64,000 bases of DNA from Octopus vulgaris (GCA_951406725.2 OX597823.1:35278001-35342000), one strand, 5' to 3'. Positions 24,781 through 41,014 are shown, counted from the first letter of the stretch. A program made the numbers and translations. The notes: a model not told the origin generated them from the letters alone.

Positions 24781-27700
24781 ACTACTCCTCTGATATGTGT
24801 CACTTGGTGGATGAGGGAGTTTGACGTTGCAGCCCTCATCTATGTTTCTTGCCTCGGAGTAGGTTCATCCGGAACTCTTGACAGGAGATCTAGTTTTGTT
24901 TTGAAAAAGCCTACATCCACGCCATGCAGGTCTGTCATGCTTTGTGAGAGGTTATTAAAGAGCTGTGAGTCTTTGAAGCCCAACCTGTTGCAGTATGTGG
25001 TTCTGTATCCTAATGGCAATGTTGGGACCTCTGGTACCATGCAGTAGCGCCCAGTCCTGCTGTTTGTGTAACAATGTCAAAGTTTGAAACAGGTTTTCTT
25101 CTGTACATCTTTCCCGCCTTCGCTCCAAGGAGTAGAGTCTTAACTCTTTCAGTCTCTCCTAGTAGCTGATATGCTGCATTGTATCGATCTTTCTTGTGTA
25201 GCTTCGCTGGATCACCTCGATTTCCGTCGTTAATTTTACACTGTTTGGTGACCACAGCTGGGAGCAGTAATCCAGACGGCTGAAAACGTCCTCCAGAGGA
25301 CCATCATCGTTTCCTTTTCTCTTGTTTTGAAAGTTTGAAGGATCCACCTGGGCAGACGTCTGCATTTTATCGCCGACTTAGTAATGTGCTTAGGGCACGC
25401 ACTGATTTTGATTCGGGGATTGTAATTCCTCCTGGGCCAGTGTATCCAATCTGTTTTTCTTTGAGCTTCCTGTGTTGGTAGTACACGGCTTGGAATTTTC
25501 CAGTATTAAACTGCATGTTATTTTCCTCAGTCCACCTATATATTGCGTCAAACTCAATATGAAGATGCACAGTATCTAGGATTCTGTATCCTCAGAGAGA
25601 CATTTGTATCGTCTGTACGCTAGCAAGGGCATGTCAGAGAGGGCCACTATGAATAGCAGGGGCGCCATGACAGTGCCCTGTGGAATACTACTCACTATTT
25701 GTGTTTTCTTGGAGGTGGCCCCATTGACCACCACTACCAGGTTTCTATCTTTTATCAAGTCATGTAGCCATCTCTAAGTTTTCCAAATATGCCAAGATTT
25801 CGGAGCTTGTAACAAATCATACCATAGTCGATTTTATCAAAGTCTTTTGCAAAGTTTAGATATATCACATCCACATTTGAGGTGTTGAGCAGCTACTTTA
25901 GCCCCCCAGTCGTAATACTGCAGGAGCTGTGTCACACAGCTTCAACTTGATCGAAAAACATGCTGGATCTCGGTCAGCAAGTTATTCTCTTCAGACTGAT
26001 GTGTGAGATCAGAGAGATAGGCCTATGGTTTTTAGCGACTGCTCTGCTTCCTCCTTTATGGATGGGAAATATTATTCCCTCCTTTAGTTTGTCCGGGAGT
26101 TTACCATTTGTAAGGAAGCTCTGAAAATGTAGTTGTAATCGTTTAGCAAGGACTCGTTTGCATGACTTGAGAAGGATTGCTGGGAATCCATCAGGGACAG
26201 CAGCTGAGTTTGCTTTTATATAATTTATTGCTAGCATTACATCCTTTTCTTCGATGTTGATGTAATCAATCGTTACTGCCTCCAGTTCAGCTTCTGTAGC
26301 GGTAAAGAATTCTAGAGGTTTGCTAACTTGCATGTGCCATAGGGGTGGGGTGAAGACACGTTTGAACTGTTCATTCAGTGTTTCACTTATTCTCATTGTG
26401 TTTCCCGTGAGGGAGCCATCGTTTTGGAGGTGTGGCTCTACCCTACAGTGCACAGAGGCAGTCTCTTTGGCGTACCTAAAGAAGGCTTTAGGGTTTTATT
26501 TTATATTTCTTATGACCCAGGCTTCTCAATCTGATCTTTCCTTCTCGTGAGAGTGCTTCAGTTGTTTCTCAGTATCCTGTAGTTCTGTTTCCAAGCAGTG
26601 TTTCTCATTGACACTGAGTTCTCTGTTGAGGCGGTTTGCAATTTTTGTACGCCGGCTGAGAAGAACTTTCTTCTCCCTGGGAATCTTGTTTTTATGTGCA
26701 GTAGCCCTTCTCTCTGGGACAAAATTGTAGCATATGACTTACATCATGGACATTAAAGTTTTCAATTTCATGTCTATGTCAGGTGTAGAGAGACATTGGG
26801 ACCAGTCCCATTTGGTGATCTCTTTCTCAATCGATTCCCTGCCTGTCTTGTGGTAGTTCAGATAGGATAGATTTTAGGTGCTTCTCATAGGCTGTTTGTG
26901 TGTGGATTCCTTTGGTCGATACATGGTCAGCTCTATTATGTTGTGATCCGAGATTAGTGTCGGTGTCACTTTCACATTATGGATGAGAAACATTGTTTGT
27001 GGAGCAGAAATCAAGTATATTGTTTGCCCTGGCTGGTTGGAGTATTATTTGCTCCATGTATAAATTGTTGGTGAGACTGAGCAGGGGTTTCATCTTATTT
27101 TGCTCATATCACTTCATTCCCGAGAGAAAAAGGCCTTCGGATCATTTCATATTGAAGTCTTTCATGAAAAGTACACTGATGTGCTCTTCTATTTTGGTTA
27201 AGACCTCTTCTATTCTTGCAAAGTAGTCTTCGAATAGGCCCGTGTGATTTGGGGCATCTGGTGGGCGATATGTAGTATATAACTCTGTCGAGTTGTCTTA
27301 TATGTACAATTAGTGTGTAACACATTGAGTTTGTGAGTGACAAAAGGACCTGGGGTATGAGATCTTCACGGATGTACATTGCAACTCCACCTTGGCTCCT
27401 GTCTTTTTTATAGCTTCTGTATGTGTATTTCTGCATCTGCGATGTCGGGTTTTAAGTGCGTTTCAGTGAGTGATATGCAAAAGGCTTGATTGCATGTCAC
27501 TAGGTCTCTCAAGAAGGTAATTCTAGTTCTGTTATTGAGTTATAACAGTCCTCTTACACTTACGAAGTATATTGGTGTGAAATCTGTGCTGATGCCAGTG
27601 GTAGCTACCCTGGATTCATTGGTTGTGAACGTCTTGCGTGTTGGTGGGGATGGCTCCGACTCTGGAATTGACGAAGCCTGGTTAGTTGTTGCACAATCTT

Positions 27701-29110
27701 TTGAGTCATGCATAAAAAACATTGTTGTTCAGCTGCAACCGTTATGACGGCTTCTGAGTAGGGCTGGTTTTTAGAGGTAGTGCGCGCCATATCGGCGTAT
27801 TTTAGCTTTGATGCACGATTTTTCCACTTTGGAGTCTTCGTGTCTTTTGGAAGAAGGTTTTGCTTTTGTTCTGCCTGCTGTATGATTTTGGATGCAGGAA
27901 GAGGCAGTTCGCACCATCTTGTCCATACCAGCAGTCACTACACACGAAGAATTTAAACACTTCCTAACTGTTTGTGACTTTTCATATTGGCTGTTTGAAT
28001 TTTTTTCCCTTGGGGGCTCTCTTTTGTTTTTTGCTTCGTCTTTACTTCTATCATCACCCTTTTTCCTTCTTTTATCTTTATTTTTTTAGACCTTTATTGG
28101 TTCTTTCACACTTTTGGGCGTTGATAATAGTTGTGGTAAGGCCATCCGTGTTGGTGTCTTCTTGCTTGGCAGGCCTCTCGATTTTGGTTTTCGTATCAGG
28201 TGTGTTCCCTTGTGGATCAGTGGGGTCAGGGGAACATCTATCACTTACATCAGGGTCTCCATCCTTGTCATCCTTTTTGAGTTTCTGTGTCAAAATGGTA
28301 TCCTGTGTGCTAATGTGAGGTCTAATGAGAGCATAAGAGTGGGTAAATTCTTGTTTTTTTCGCTCTATCCTAGCTGTGGTTCTTATACAGCCATTGCTCT
28401 TTAGAACTGCCGTTGTAATATTATTTGGACTGTCTCCTTTGGCTATTTGCCATCCTTTCAATAAGAGTTTCAGTTCTTCACTGACCCAGCTTCGAGACGC
28501 CCTTAACCTGCCGTTTCCTTCTGTATTTATTTAGAGAAAGATTGAGATAAGGAGGGATAGAGAGAGAGAGAGGAAGTAAGAAAGGTGTAAGTTATATTGA
28601 ACTATGCTTGCACAGATGGGGAAGAAAGATCGAGGTGTCTTTGAGTATATAGCTATAATCTCTCTATAGTCGTATTCCCATATATATACATGTTCAATAG
28701 ATAGATATACTGAGAGAGAGAGAGAAAGAGAGGGAGAGCTATAGCGAGTGAGAGAGCGTATGTGTGTGTCTGCGCGCGTATGCTAGAGAGAGAAATTGTG
28801 TGTGTGTATGTGTGTGTGTGTGTATGTGTGTATGTGTGTGTGTGTGCGTGCTACAGAGAGAAACATGGGTGACAGGGAAATCGAAAGGAACTAAGAAATT
28901 AATCAATCAATCTCAGATTAAATCGAAGGTATAACAGTGCAGAGTCTTATGTTCTGGAATCGTGAGTACAAAGAAAATGAAATTTAAATGGAATTTGCTA
29001 CGTTTCGTAAAATTTCAGTTGACAGAAGAATTAATTCAAAGCGCAGGTTTTAAAACGATTTATATATAAATACTAGTATAGTTAAGTAATTTATCAACAA
29101 CTCGAGTGGT
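24781..29110 (-). mobile_element. Near full-length decayed CR1-group LINE (APE-RT)
   Basis: ISLTETHL, GGVAMYIRE, SDHNIIE, NHRPISLISHI, IPQGTVMAPLLF, SRLDYCSQLW, FFKTKLDLLSRVPDEP; many frameshifts; 5' boundary uncertain. Confidence 0.8.
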
Positions 29111-29139
29111 GCTTTCTTATTATTCTTATTATTATTTAT

Positions 29140-30385
29140 TCTCTTTGCACAGCTTCTAAAGCTGGAGATGTACTATGGTGCCACATGTTCACTACCAGTG
29201 AACTAATGTAACACCCCTTATATTTTCGAGCACCATCCGGAGTATTCTGGTGGTTCTAAGCAGTGCTGTTTTCTGCAAGTGCTCCACCCTTATTGCAACC
29301 CCTATTTGTTCCTTGTACTTCTCAAGAGTTTTACTCACTGTTCCCAGGGCTCCGACAATTATTGGTACTACTACCATCTTTTTCAGCGACCACAACTGCT
29401 TAATCTCCCAAGCTAACCTGTCATATTGACTTTTTCTTTCTTCCTTATTGAATACCTTGTTGTGAGCCGGGCATTCTATGTCTATGATCCAGCATAGTTT
29501 GCTTTCTTTCTCAATTAACACTACGTCTGGTTTCCTATTCTCTATCTCATGGTCACACTGAATCATAAAATCCCATACGATCTTTGCATTATCATTTTCG
29601 ACGATGTCTTCGGGTTTATGTTCGTAGTACTTTTTTGTCCTCTCTAGTCCAAACTTGTTGCAAAGTGTCCAATGTACAATTCTTGCAATATAGTTACGAC
29701 GTCTCTTCTATTCTTTCTAGGCTAGTGGTGTACATTGACTGGTAATATGCCATACAGTTTCACCATTTTTTCCTCAAATTCTGCACTTATTACTCCCTGA
29801 CGTGTTGTCTATTTTGTATTTTATGTAATTGGTTCTTAATGGTTGCTCTTGGGAAGCACAGATTAGAGCCACCGTTTCTGCTTTTGAATCACATTTAGTC
29901 ATCCATAACCATCTTTTTCTCTCTGTCTTATCTTCAACACCCCTATAAAATTGTCTATGCATTCATTTCTTTATCAACCTATTTTCAGTTTCATTCATTC
30001 TCAAGTGCTTGTACAATGCTTTATCTTTGTAATTTTCCATCTTACACAAGTCTGACCTTCTTATTTTCAATAATAGTGGCTCTATGGTATTTTTTACATA
30101 CCTTGTTATGTTGTTTTCTTTTGCTCTAATGTTGTATTGGCATCCAATAAGTCCTATTCCCCTACTTTTTCTTGGAACATACAGTCTGTCTGTGTCACTT
30201 TTTGGGTGGAATATCCCATATCTAGTTAGCAACTTCCTTGTCTTTCTGTCTAAGCTGTTTAGTTCGTCTACTGTCCATGCGATTACCCTTGCTACATATC
30301 TAAGTAGTGAAACCGCTCGGGTGTTGATAGCTTCAATCTTATTCTGTCCGTTTAATTTCAACTTAAGGATCAGTGTCAGTCTCTA
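29140..30385 (-). mobile_element. R4/Dong-type LINE 3' fragment
   Basis: HPKSDTDRLYVPR, KCRI, RKPDVVLIE..IIDIECP, LQKTALL. Confidence 0.85.
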
Positions 30386-30389
30386 ATTA

Positions 30390-30474
<85 letters not shown>

Positions 30475-30479
30475 CATTC

Positions 30480-33400
30480 AGCAGTTTTATTTTTATAGCG
30501 TGCTTTCACTTCACTACCGAGCGCACCTCTGTGTGCCTTGGGTATGTGCTGTGATTTGTTGTGATGCTCTGATGGTTATTGTATGGAAAGTGTTCTGCGT
30601 AGGATGTGTGCAGTGCCTAGTAGTGCAATTTTCTGTATGTTATATGTGTTTGTAAGTCCTGGTGTTTTTGTTATGTATTTGTCTGAATATTTTTTTATCA
30701 TGCCTAATGCACCTACTATGATAGGAATTGTTTCTGTTTTTAGATTCCACATTCTGGTTACCTCTATTTCCAGGTCTTTGTATTTTGAAAGTTTCTCCAT
30801 TTCTTTTAGAGACACGTTGTCATCTGCCGGTATTGATACATCAATTAGAAAGCATTTTTTTCTTCATGATCTCTGACAACTATATCTGGTCTGTTGGCCT
30901 TAATTTCTCTATCTGTATGTATCGGCATATCCCAGAGTATGGTTGCTTTCTCGTTTTCTGTGACCTTTTCTGGTGTGTGCCTATACCATCTTTTTTCTGT
31001 TGTTATTCCATAATGTTGGCATAGCTTCCAGTGTATGTAGGTTCCAACTCTGTCATGTCTGTGAATATATTCCTTCTTAGCCAAGACTGGGCAGCCAGAG
31101 ATAATATGATTTATTGTTTCTTGTCCATCTCCACATATTCTGCAGTTACTTGTTATATTTCTTTTCATTACATGTTTTTGGTAATTTCTGGTGGGGAGGC
31201 TTTGGTCTTGTGCTGCAATTAAGAATCCCTCTGTCTCTGCTTTGAGTCCTGAGTTTCTCAACCATTGCTGAAATTTTTCTTTGTCTATTTCTTTTGCGTT
31301 TAGTTTAGTCTAGTATTTACCATGAAGGGGCTTTTCTTGCCATCGTTTTATCATGGTTCTTTGCTGTTCTAGTTTTAGTTTGGATTTCATTTGTTTTATA
31401 GCTTTTGTTGCTTCTTCTTCTTCTTCTTCTTCTTCTTCTTCTTCTTCTTCTTCTTCTTCTTCTTCTTCTTCTTCTTCTTCTTCTTCTTCTTCTTCTTCTT
31501 CTTCATCATATTTATTAGGTGGTATGATTTCTTGTTTGTATTTGTCAGATTCCTTAAATACTGAGAACAGTTTTCCTATCTATTTTGGTCAGTTCATTTA
31601 ATGTCAATTTAAGGATATTGTAGCTGTAACTTATAACTGGGACAGCTAAAGTGTTAATACCTATTATCTTGTTTTTAGCATTGAGCTCTATTTTTAGTAT
31701 TGATCTAACTCGTCTATAATATTCTTTTTTTATTTTCTCTTTCATTTGTGTGTGTTGTGTCTTATCTAGTTCATGGATTCCTAAGTATTTGTAAGTTTGG
31801 CTTTGGTCTAATTCTTTTATTTCATTGGTTTTATCTAGTGTGATGTTTTCAGGGTTACTTTGGCGCATTTTTCTAATCCAAATTTCATATCTATTTCTTT
31901 GGTAAATCCATGAACTGTCTTTAATAGTGTTTCCAGCTGTTTGTCATTTGTAGCGTATAGTTTTAGGTCATCCATATATAAAAGGTGGCTGATCGTTTTG
32001 CCGTAATATTTATATCCGCATCCAGTTCTATTTAGCATATCAGATAGAGGTGACAGTGCCAAGCAGAAAAGGAGCGGAGAGAGTGTGTCTCCCTGGAATA
32101 TTCCTCTTCTAATGGGGATGGCTTTGGTTTTCATGAGTCCCTCTTTTGTTTGGAGCTGTAGCACTGTTTGCCATTTATTCATAGAGTGCCCTATGAATTT
32201 TATAATTGTTGGTGCTACTTTGTTAATGGCTAGTGTTTCGAGGATCCATGTGTGTGGGATGCTATCAAACGCCTTTTTGTAGTCGATCCAGGCCATACTG
32301 AGGCCTTTCTTCTTTCTGTGGCTGTCTTCAGTTATGGCTTTATTAATCATTAGTTGATCTTTACAGCCATATGAGCCTTTGCGGCATCCTTTCTGCTCTT
32401 CTGGAAACAGGTTGTTTTCGTCCAGGTGCTTGTTCAACCTTTGCGATATCACTGCAGTAAATGCCTTGTAGACAGGTTATTGGTCAGTAGTTTTCTGGTT
32501 TTGCTGTCTCATTTGATTTGGGAATTAAGATGGTTTTTCCCTTCGTGAGCCATTCAGACATTGTCTCTGGCTCTGCCAGTATGTTGTTAAAATTTTCAGC
32601 CAGCTTTTTGTGCATTCCTGTTAGATATTTCAACCAGAAGTTGGGTATTTTGTCATGCCCAGGTGCCTTCCAGTTGCTTAGTCTTTGCAGTGCCTGGGTG
32701 ACCTCTTCAGTTGTTATGGGGGTCCAAAGTTGCTCAGATGCTGAGTTTGTTGTTTTAATACTCCTTGTTTTTTGGTTGTTCGTTCGCCGACCATATTTCT
32801 CTCCAGAATTCTTCCACTTCTTCTGCCGTTGGTGCTGCATGATTTCTATTTTATTTTTGCCAAGTTCTTGGTAGAACTTTTTGGGGTTGGAGTTGAACTT
32901 TTTGTTTTGTTCAAAGAAGCGCTGGCGTTTCTCGTACCGGCGGATCCTTTGTGCTTTGGCAAGGATATCTTGCTTTAGCTTTTCTTTTATCTCAGGTAAA
33001 TCTTTTTCTGTGATGTTGTATTTGCGGAGTATTTTTGTTTTCTTTTTGTTGTTCTGTCTTTTTGTCTACTGATTTCATTAAGAATCGACAGATCTTTTCT
33101 CATTTTTTGTATTTTGTTTTGGATGTTATTTATCCACGGGGTTTGTTTGGGTGGTGGTACTCCTGTTTGGATGGGTTTGAGTGAGTATCCAGCTTCTTTT
33201 GTGGCTGCTGCGTATACTAAGTCATTTAGCTCAGTGATATCGCTTTTTGTTTCAGTGGCTATTAATTCCGTGACGGCTATGTTTATGATGTTTATAATTG
33301 GTGTTGTTGTTTCGTCTATTTTGATTTTTTGGAGGTATGGTCGGTGGTCCATTTTGAGCTCTGTGGTTTTTAGCTCTTTGATTATTCTACTTTTTATATT

Positions 33401-34365
33401 ATCATAATCATTAGGCCCCCCTTCGTTGTTTCCAGGTTTTAGATTTGTGTCGCTTTCGTTCTCATTTGTATGTTTGCTTGTCGTGTTTTGGCTTGCTGTT
33501 TGTCGTGTATTATTATGCATCCTTACGGTCTCAGTTTGTTGTTTTTTGTTTACATCGTGTTTGTTGGGAATGTTACGTTTGTCTTCGTGTTTTACTGTTT
33601 CAGTGTTTATATTGTTGGGCATTGTTGTGTGGCTTCTATCTACATTTTCCTGATGTATTTTTTCTTTTAGATGTTCTATTTCTGATATTTTTTTTGCGTT
33701 GAGAATGTATCTTCGTACGTTAGCTAGTTTATTAGGGTTCATTGCTATATCCAAGTCTATTTTTATGTTATTTTCCTTCCATATTTTATATGTATGTGTT
33801 GTTGTGTTTTCATTTTTTGGGTAGAGCACTGCTGTGAAGTAAGCGTATAAGATAGAAATGTATTCCTCACGTGTCCATTTATGTCTTTTGGGTTTTATTT
33901 GTGGGAAATGATGAACAACGTCCGGCCCATTATTTTGACGGTCGTCATTTTCGTAGGGTACCGGTCCGTTCATGTCTGTTGTCACATTGTTTTGCACGAG
34001 TAGTTTTTCGTACATTTTGTGTTGTAAGTTTAAAGTACGTACTTCCCGATTGTTATTCTTGGGTTGAATAATATCGGTGTTATTTAATTTCTTCGTAGTT
34101 TTTTTGTACATGGTGTTTGGGGTCGGGGATGATCTGGTGTTGATGGATCGTAATGTATCACGCATGTTTACATGTGTTGTGTTAGAGGTGGAGATGATAT
34201 CGAGTTAAAATACATCATTTCGTTTCGAAAATAGTAATAAATTTCAATGAGTATTACTTACTCGGATATAGTCCAATCCTTTGTTAGTAAATTTTTGGCT
34301 CCATGTTTGTGGATAGATTTCGGAGCTCTGTTTTATCGTTCTCACATCTTAAACGTCCCCGGTGT
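30480..34365 (-). mobile_element. Near full-length R4/Dong-type RLE LINE flanked by (TAA)n
   Basis: N-terminal KWTREE..LANVRR, RGIFQGDTLSPLLF, YMDDLKLY, CRIC..ETINHIISGC, RPDIVV..IDVSIP..KYKDL; a few frameshifts. Confidence 0.92.
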
Positions 34366-34392
34366 TCCTCCCCCTCCTTCTCCTCCTCCTCC

Positions 34393-34429
<37 letters not shown>

Positions 34430-34430
<1 letters not shown>

Positions 34431-35240
34431 TAGTATCTATAGATTTATACCCACACTTATTAATAATATGTTTATTTTCAGTATCTAGTTTATTGTCTAT
34501 CATATTTGTACCGTTGTTGTTTTTTCCTTTATATTGCTTAGTTAAAAAAGATTATTTAATTGATATATTTCTATCTAAATTTTCAGTTTTATTATATACC
34601 CTATTATTTTCCAAAATCTCTATAATTCTATCCATTTCCAGAATTTTATTATTATGATTCTGGATATAGTAAATTTTATCTTTATATCCAGTTTCCAATA
34701 ATGCATTGTTATAGTAACTTTTATTTTGTTTTAATACATCCTTATTAAACGAAAATCTTGAAATACGAGTAGGTGTATTTTTAACGATAGAATTTATTAT
34801 TCTCCTTGGATGATTAGAATCTTTATTTACATATCTTAAGCATTCCTTAGGATTATGATAAGGTTGGTATATCAAGAGTAATATCAAAGAAATTCGCCCT
34901 ATTATTTTCATTTATAGAAAGACCAAGACGCTTAAAGAATCTAAAAGATTTGTTCTATACTTTTCTAAATAAACCATGCTACATCAATATATAATGAGAA
35001 GAGCGTCATCTCTATATAATCCACATTCCAATTCAGGACAGTCATTATGTAACGTAAAACCAACGAAATCGGTGACTTGAAAATGATAGAATTATAGAGT
35101 GGTTGGAAAATAATAGGGAATATAACAAAACTAAAACTTTAGATAGGAATATATCTATCAAACAGTCTTTTTTAACTAATCTATATACAGGAAAAAGCAA
35201 TAATGGTACAAATATGATAAACAATAAACCAGGTCTACCA
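34430..35240. mobile_element. PLE RT thumb remnant (minus) with an inverted partial duplicate at 35080-35232
   Basis: YQPYHNP..YVNKDSNHP..RISRFS..YYNNALLETGY. Confidence 0.7.
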
Positions 35241-37191
35241 GTTCTCGCCCAATATTTCCCGTCGAGTTCAATTATGGTCTGTATTGAACAAAAAAATTCT
35301 GAAATCAGAAATATAATATAGCTAATAAATATTTCGTTGAATTACTAAAATTATCTCTCCATTTTTTTAATACTGATTTACAATTCACGCACAGACTCAC
35401 ACACACTCGCACGTGCACTATTACTTTCATAAGATCTCTTTAGGATTTTCAAAGTATTTGTCCAAATGACTGAAACATACACACATAAATATAAACATAC
35501 ATTGAAAGATGTGTGTGTGTGTATGTGTGTGTGTTTGTGTGTGTGTTTGTGTATAAATCATTTTGTATAAATTATTTTCTTTTACATTCTTTCAAATTTT
35601 CTTTCATCATTAAGTATAAATTAACTTTCTTTGTTTACTTGCGTGTTACGATATTTCACATCTTTGATACTTTCAGCAAATGAAAAGAGTCGTTAGGTTT
35701 TTGTTTAGTATTTTTAGGGCTTTTATAATGTTGAATTTTCGCTGTCTTTCACTGTGTGTGTTTATGTATATGCGTGTATGTTCAATGTGCGTGCGCGTAT
35801 GTGGGCGAGACATAGTACTTTAATGTAGGAAGTACACTGTGCGAGTAGTGTGTGTCAATTACTTTCCAGAAATTGGTGAGTAGCCTGATAAAGCAGCTGA
35901 TTTGTCTTTGACAGCGTAACGTTCCAGCACTCTGCAATCTGAGGTTATAATCTTACCTTTCATACTTACGGTGTCTACATAAAAAAAAATTACAGCACGC
36001 TACTGAGTCAATTCTTCTTTCTTACTTTTACCTCTGGATCCTACCTGTAAGTCAAAGATCCTACTAGTTGATTATATAAAATATATTAGTAATTATATTG
36101 ACTATGGGAAATACATTTATAATTGATTATATATAATATATTAATAGTTTAGTGTATATAATACTTGCCATGATAATGTCGTATCATTTTATTTCTTTCA
36201 CTATTCAAAGGATATAGTCGTGAGATTTTCAATTAAATCTAACGAATAATAAAGCTAATGTAAAACATATTCAGGAACCAGCTATGCATCAGAACTGTAT
36301 ATTGACGTCGCGAGTCGATAAATTTTATTTAATTACAATTTCAATGTAATATCAGCTTTCTTGATTAGAATTGATCATTAAGCAAACGATTTATTCTGCT
36401 CTGCACTGATGTATATAACTTGAACTACATTTCATTAGTTCACAACATAATATTCGTACCGACCATACTATGACAAAAGGCACTTATCGCATTGATATCC
36501 GAGCACAGTATATTTCTAAATTTCCATTCTATATGCACACACATTCTATGTATATTACTGAGATCCACACGCTGTCAATATCAAGACGCCAACAAGAAGC
36601 TTTATTCCTAGTGACGGTTTTAATATTTATCTACAAGATGTATTTATCAAATGTCTTTTTGCTACACCAACATCATTGGACTGTGTAACAATCTAGTTAG
36701 CAATATCTGATTAACAAATATTTGTAGTTCAAAGTAATTTAAGTTACAACTCCATTTTTTTCATTAATGGTAGTCCCTTTTTATATACCCTGTATACACG
36801 TACATAAAACCTCGTTTAAGTCTCCAGTTGAGTCAAAAGTTCTTTTCGGGTTCTCACTGATTTTTGGCAACCTGTCTCTCCATGTTGTATTATTGATTTG
36901 CTACAACTTGTTATCCAATCGTTGCTATTTTTTCATATATAACATGTAAACATTGTTTATTCTTTCATTTATAGTTTGATAATAAGTAGTGAAAAAAATT
37001 GCAAATAGAGCCATTTTATGCTACTTGTGCAAAGGCAGTGACAAAAGAAATTAATGAAGCGGAAGTCTCAGGAATTAATAACGAATCTTACTTAACCACA
37101 CACATACACACGCGCGCGCAATAATAATAATGATTTCATTGAACTACTATAACATTACGCATTATACCAACACCATCCTACTACACACAAG

Positions 37192-37560
37192 TGGAGGCGC
37201 AATGGCCCAGTGGTTAGGGCAGCGGACTCGCGGTTTCGATTCCCAGAACGGGCGTTGTGAGTTTTTATTGAGCGAAAACACCTAAAGCTCCATGAGGCTC
37301 CGGCAGGGATGGTGGTGATCCCTGCTGTACTCTTTCACCACAACTTTCTCTCACTCTTACTTCCTGTTTCTGTTGTACCTGTATTTCAAAGGGCCGGCCT
37401 TGTCACTCTCTGTGTCACGCTGAATATCCCCGAGAACTACGTTAAGGGTACACGTGTCTGTGGAGTGCTCAGCCACTTACACGTTAACTTCACGAGCAGG
37501 CTGTTCCGTTGATCGGATCAACCGGAACCCTCGTTGCCGTAACCGACGGAGTGCTTCCAC
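37192..37560 (+). mobile_element. Full-length tRNA-derived SINE (Arg-like head, Deu/Nin-like central domain, RTE-like tail)
   Basis: A box TGGCCCAGTGG, B box GGTTTCGATTCCC, CTGTGGAGTGCTCAGCCAC motif. Confidence 0.8.
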
Positions 37561-37762
37561 CACTACACACAGTAGCGAAATGTACAGATTACAACGCTGT
37601 AGCGTATTATATAACTGTAATGAGGTTTCTTCTGCACTGTGGGTGCATTCGATTCCACTATATCGTTCCCCACCCACTAGGAGCAGTGCAGATGTAAGCT
37701 GAAACGATCGTTGTACTAAATAAAGCTTACAGTGCACTCTATCTTCTCTATCATTTATTTAA

Positions 37763-38920
<1,158 letters not shown>

Positions 38921-38942
38921 CAATAATTTATGAATAAATATT

Positions 38943-39860
38943 TTATTTTAGAGTAAAGATTATTTCTCTAATACTCCTATTACATCTAAAAGCTATAATA
39001 GGCGGAAGACGGAATATTAATCGGAAATGAGGATATTTTTCTGAAATATGTTGGTAACTTTCATGCAACACTTTTGAAATGCCAGCGAAACTTCGGTGCC
39101 AGTTAATCACTAAAGGAATTCGGCCATAAACTCTTTTCTGACTACTAAAATTAGGCGTGAAAGTTTGATTATCACCACTAATTTCAGCTATGTCATTCGC
39201 AATTTCCTTTAATCGTGATTTATTATAACCGAGCTTTACATAATGGCGCACAAAGGCATTTGCATGTTTCCAATAATCTCCAATGTCTGCGCAAATATGT
39301 CTTATCCTCAAAAACTGGGACTTCGGATTTGATTTGATTGTATGATGTGGATGATCAGAGCGGCGGTGGAGATAAATATGGGATGACGTGGGTTTGCAAA
39401 ATAATTGTGACTATTCGGCCTTCCGAAAACTTAACATTTGTATCTAAAAATTCGACACTAGTTTTTGAAAAGTTGAATTTTATTTTGGACCCAGTGCCGC
39501 AGTCTTCATCGAAGCAGTCACAGAAATGTAATAATTTGACTAAACTATCCTGTGTTCCTTCCCAGATAAAAAAGATGTCGTCAATGAGCCGTGACCAGGG
39601 ATTTGAATGTCCCTATTAATTGCATTTCATGAAGACATTTGCAAAATTAACTGCCATTAAGAGTGCCCATGGCGCATCCCATCGTCTGATGGATTTTTTT
39701 CCAAACTTCATTGTGTTACTTTGTAACACAAATTTTAATAATTTAGAGAGAAACATTGAGGGAATACTTTTCTTTGACCGTTTTTCAAAGGCTTTCATGC
39801 ATCGTGATCGATGTTGGAGCATGAGGAAGAAACATCCGTGGTTACCAAAAGGTAACAGTT
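38943..39860 (-). mobile_element. PLE (Neptune-like) RT remnant
   Basis: LVTTDVSS, MAVNFANVFM, IDDIFFIWEG, FLDTNV, SQFLRIRHIC, RIPLVINWH. Confidence 0.85.
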
Positions 39861-41014
39861 TTTAAGACTACTTCGATGTTTAGAAAATTTAATAATGATA
39901 ATAGCGAACATCATGAACATGAATCAGCGAGATCCTTAAGAAGAAAGTTTAAATTTGAAATCGTCACCAAGCTGGATTTAAGAGATCGCAAAAATGATAG
40001 AAAGTTATGCTTTAACCCGAAAGATTTCTTTCATATACGAAATATATAGGGCATAGTTTCTTCCAGATGCGTTGCTGCGGCGAAACATATGCGTAAAAGC
40101 GTAAACAACACGAGGAACTGCGAAATCCGTATACAACCGAGCTGTGAACAAAACTGTACGAGTATTAATCATATTTACATTTTCATTTTCCATTTCTACA
40201 CAGATGCATAATGCTGTTTCTTGCTTATATATCAACAAGTATAATGTTTATACAAACCACACACGAACACGTACAAGCTTTTATACATGAACGAAACAAA
40301 CATCGAACGCAAGGTTTTTAAATAATAATAATAATAATTCTGAGATTGGTACTTGGATGTTGAATGTTTCCCACGATAATTAATAACCATGTATCAAAGA
40401 ATATAATGTGCGAAAAGAGACCTTGTGACAACAGGCTGCTGTACGCTCTCACAGAATCAACCGGGTAAAATCCATGTAGGATTCTATGCAAAGCTCGTCC
40501 ACAGTTATTTGGCTACCTGATGTCATCATACAGTGTAAATGGACCTGCTCCTGGGTATACACCAGAAACTCCATAGCATTTGCAGAGTTTGATAGAAAAT
40601 AGACAAGTGATAGAAAATGGAATTAACAACATTATTTAAAAATCACTAGAATTCCTTCAACACATTCTTACACATCTAGTATATAAGATGTTGTGCAATT
40701 ATTATTTTACATCCATTGTGTAAAATGTGTGTCCTCAGGTGATTGCTTAAATAAGCTTTTCATTAGATATTCTCGGCATTTCACTCAGTGTGGTAAGGTA
40801 TATCTAGAGTAATGTGTCGTTCCCGGTAGTTTACAGACGAAACTAAAACCATAGATATAATGACACACAAAATATAATTACAATCAAAATGCAAAACACA
40901 TAAATAAAAATAGATAAAAGAAAAGAGTAATGTTGACTATAAATTATCATTCTATCTTACAGTGGCGTATGGTGGTTATTGTATTGGGTGTGCTGCCACA
41001 TCCAATGAATTGGT

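Noticed and set aside
35860-35990. Splice-like signals (TTTCCAG..GTGAGT, and GTAAG on the minus strand) suggesting a host micro-exon
   Set aside because: There is no recognisable protein similarity or neighbouring exon; it cannot be supported without RNA-seq.
37192-37260. tRNA-like sequence
   Set aside because: The cloverleaf is incomplete and continues into a SINE body, so it is not a tRNA gene.
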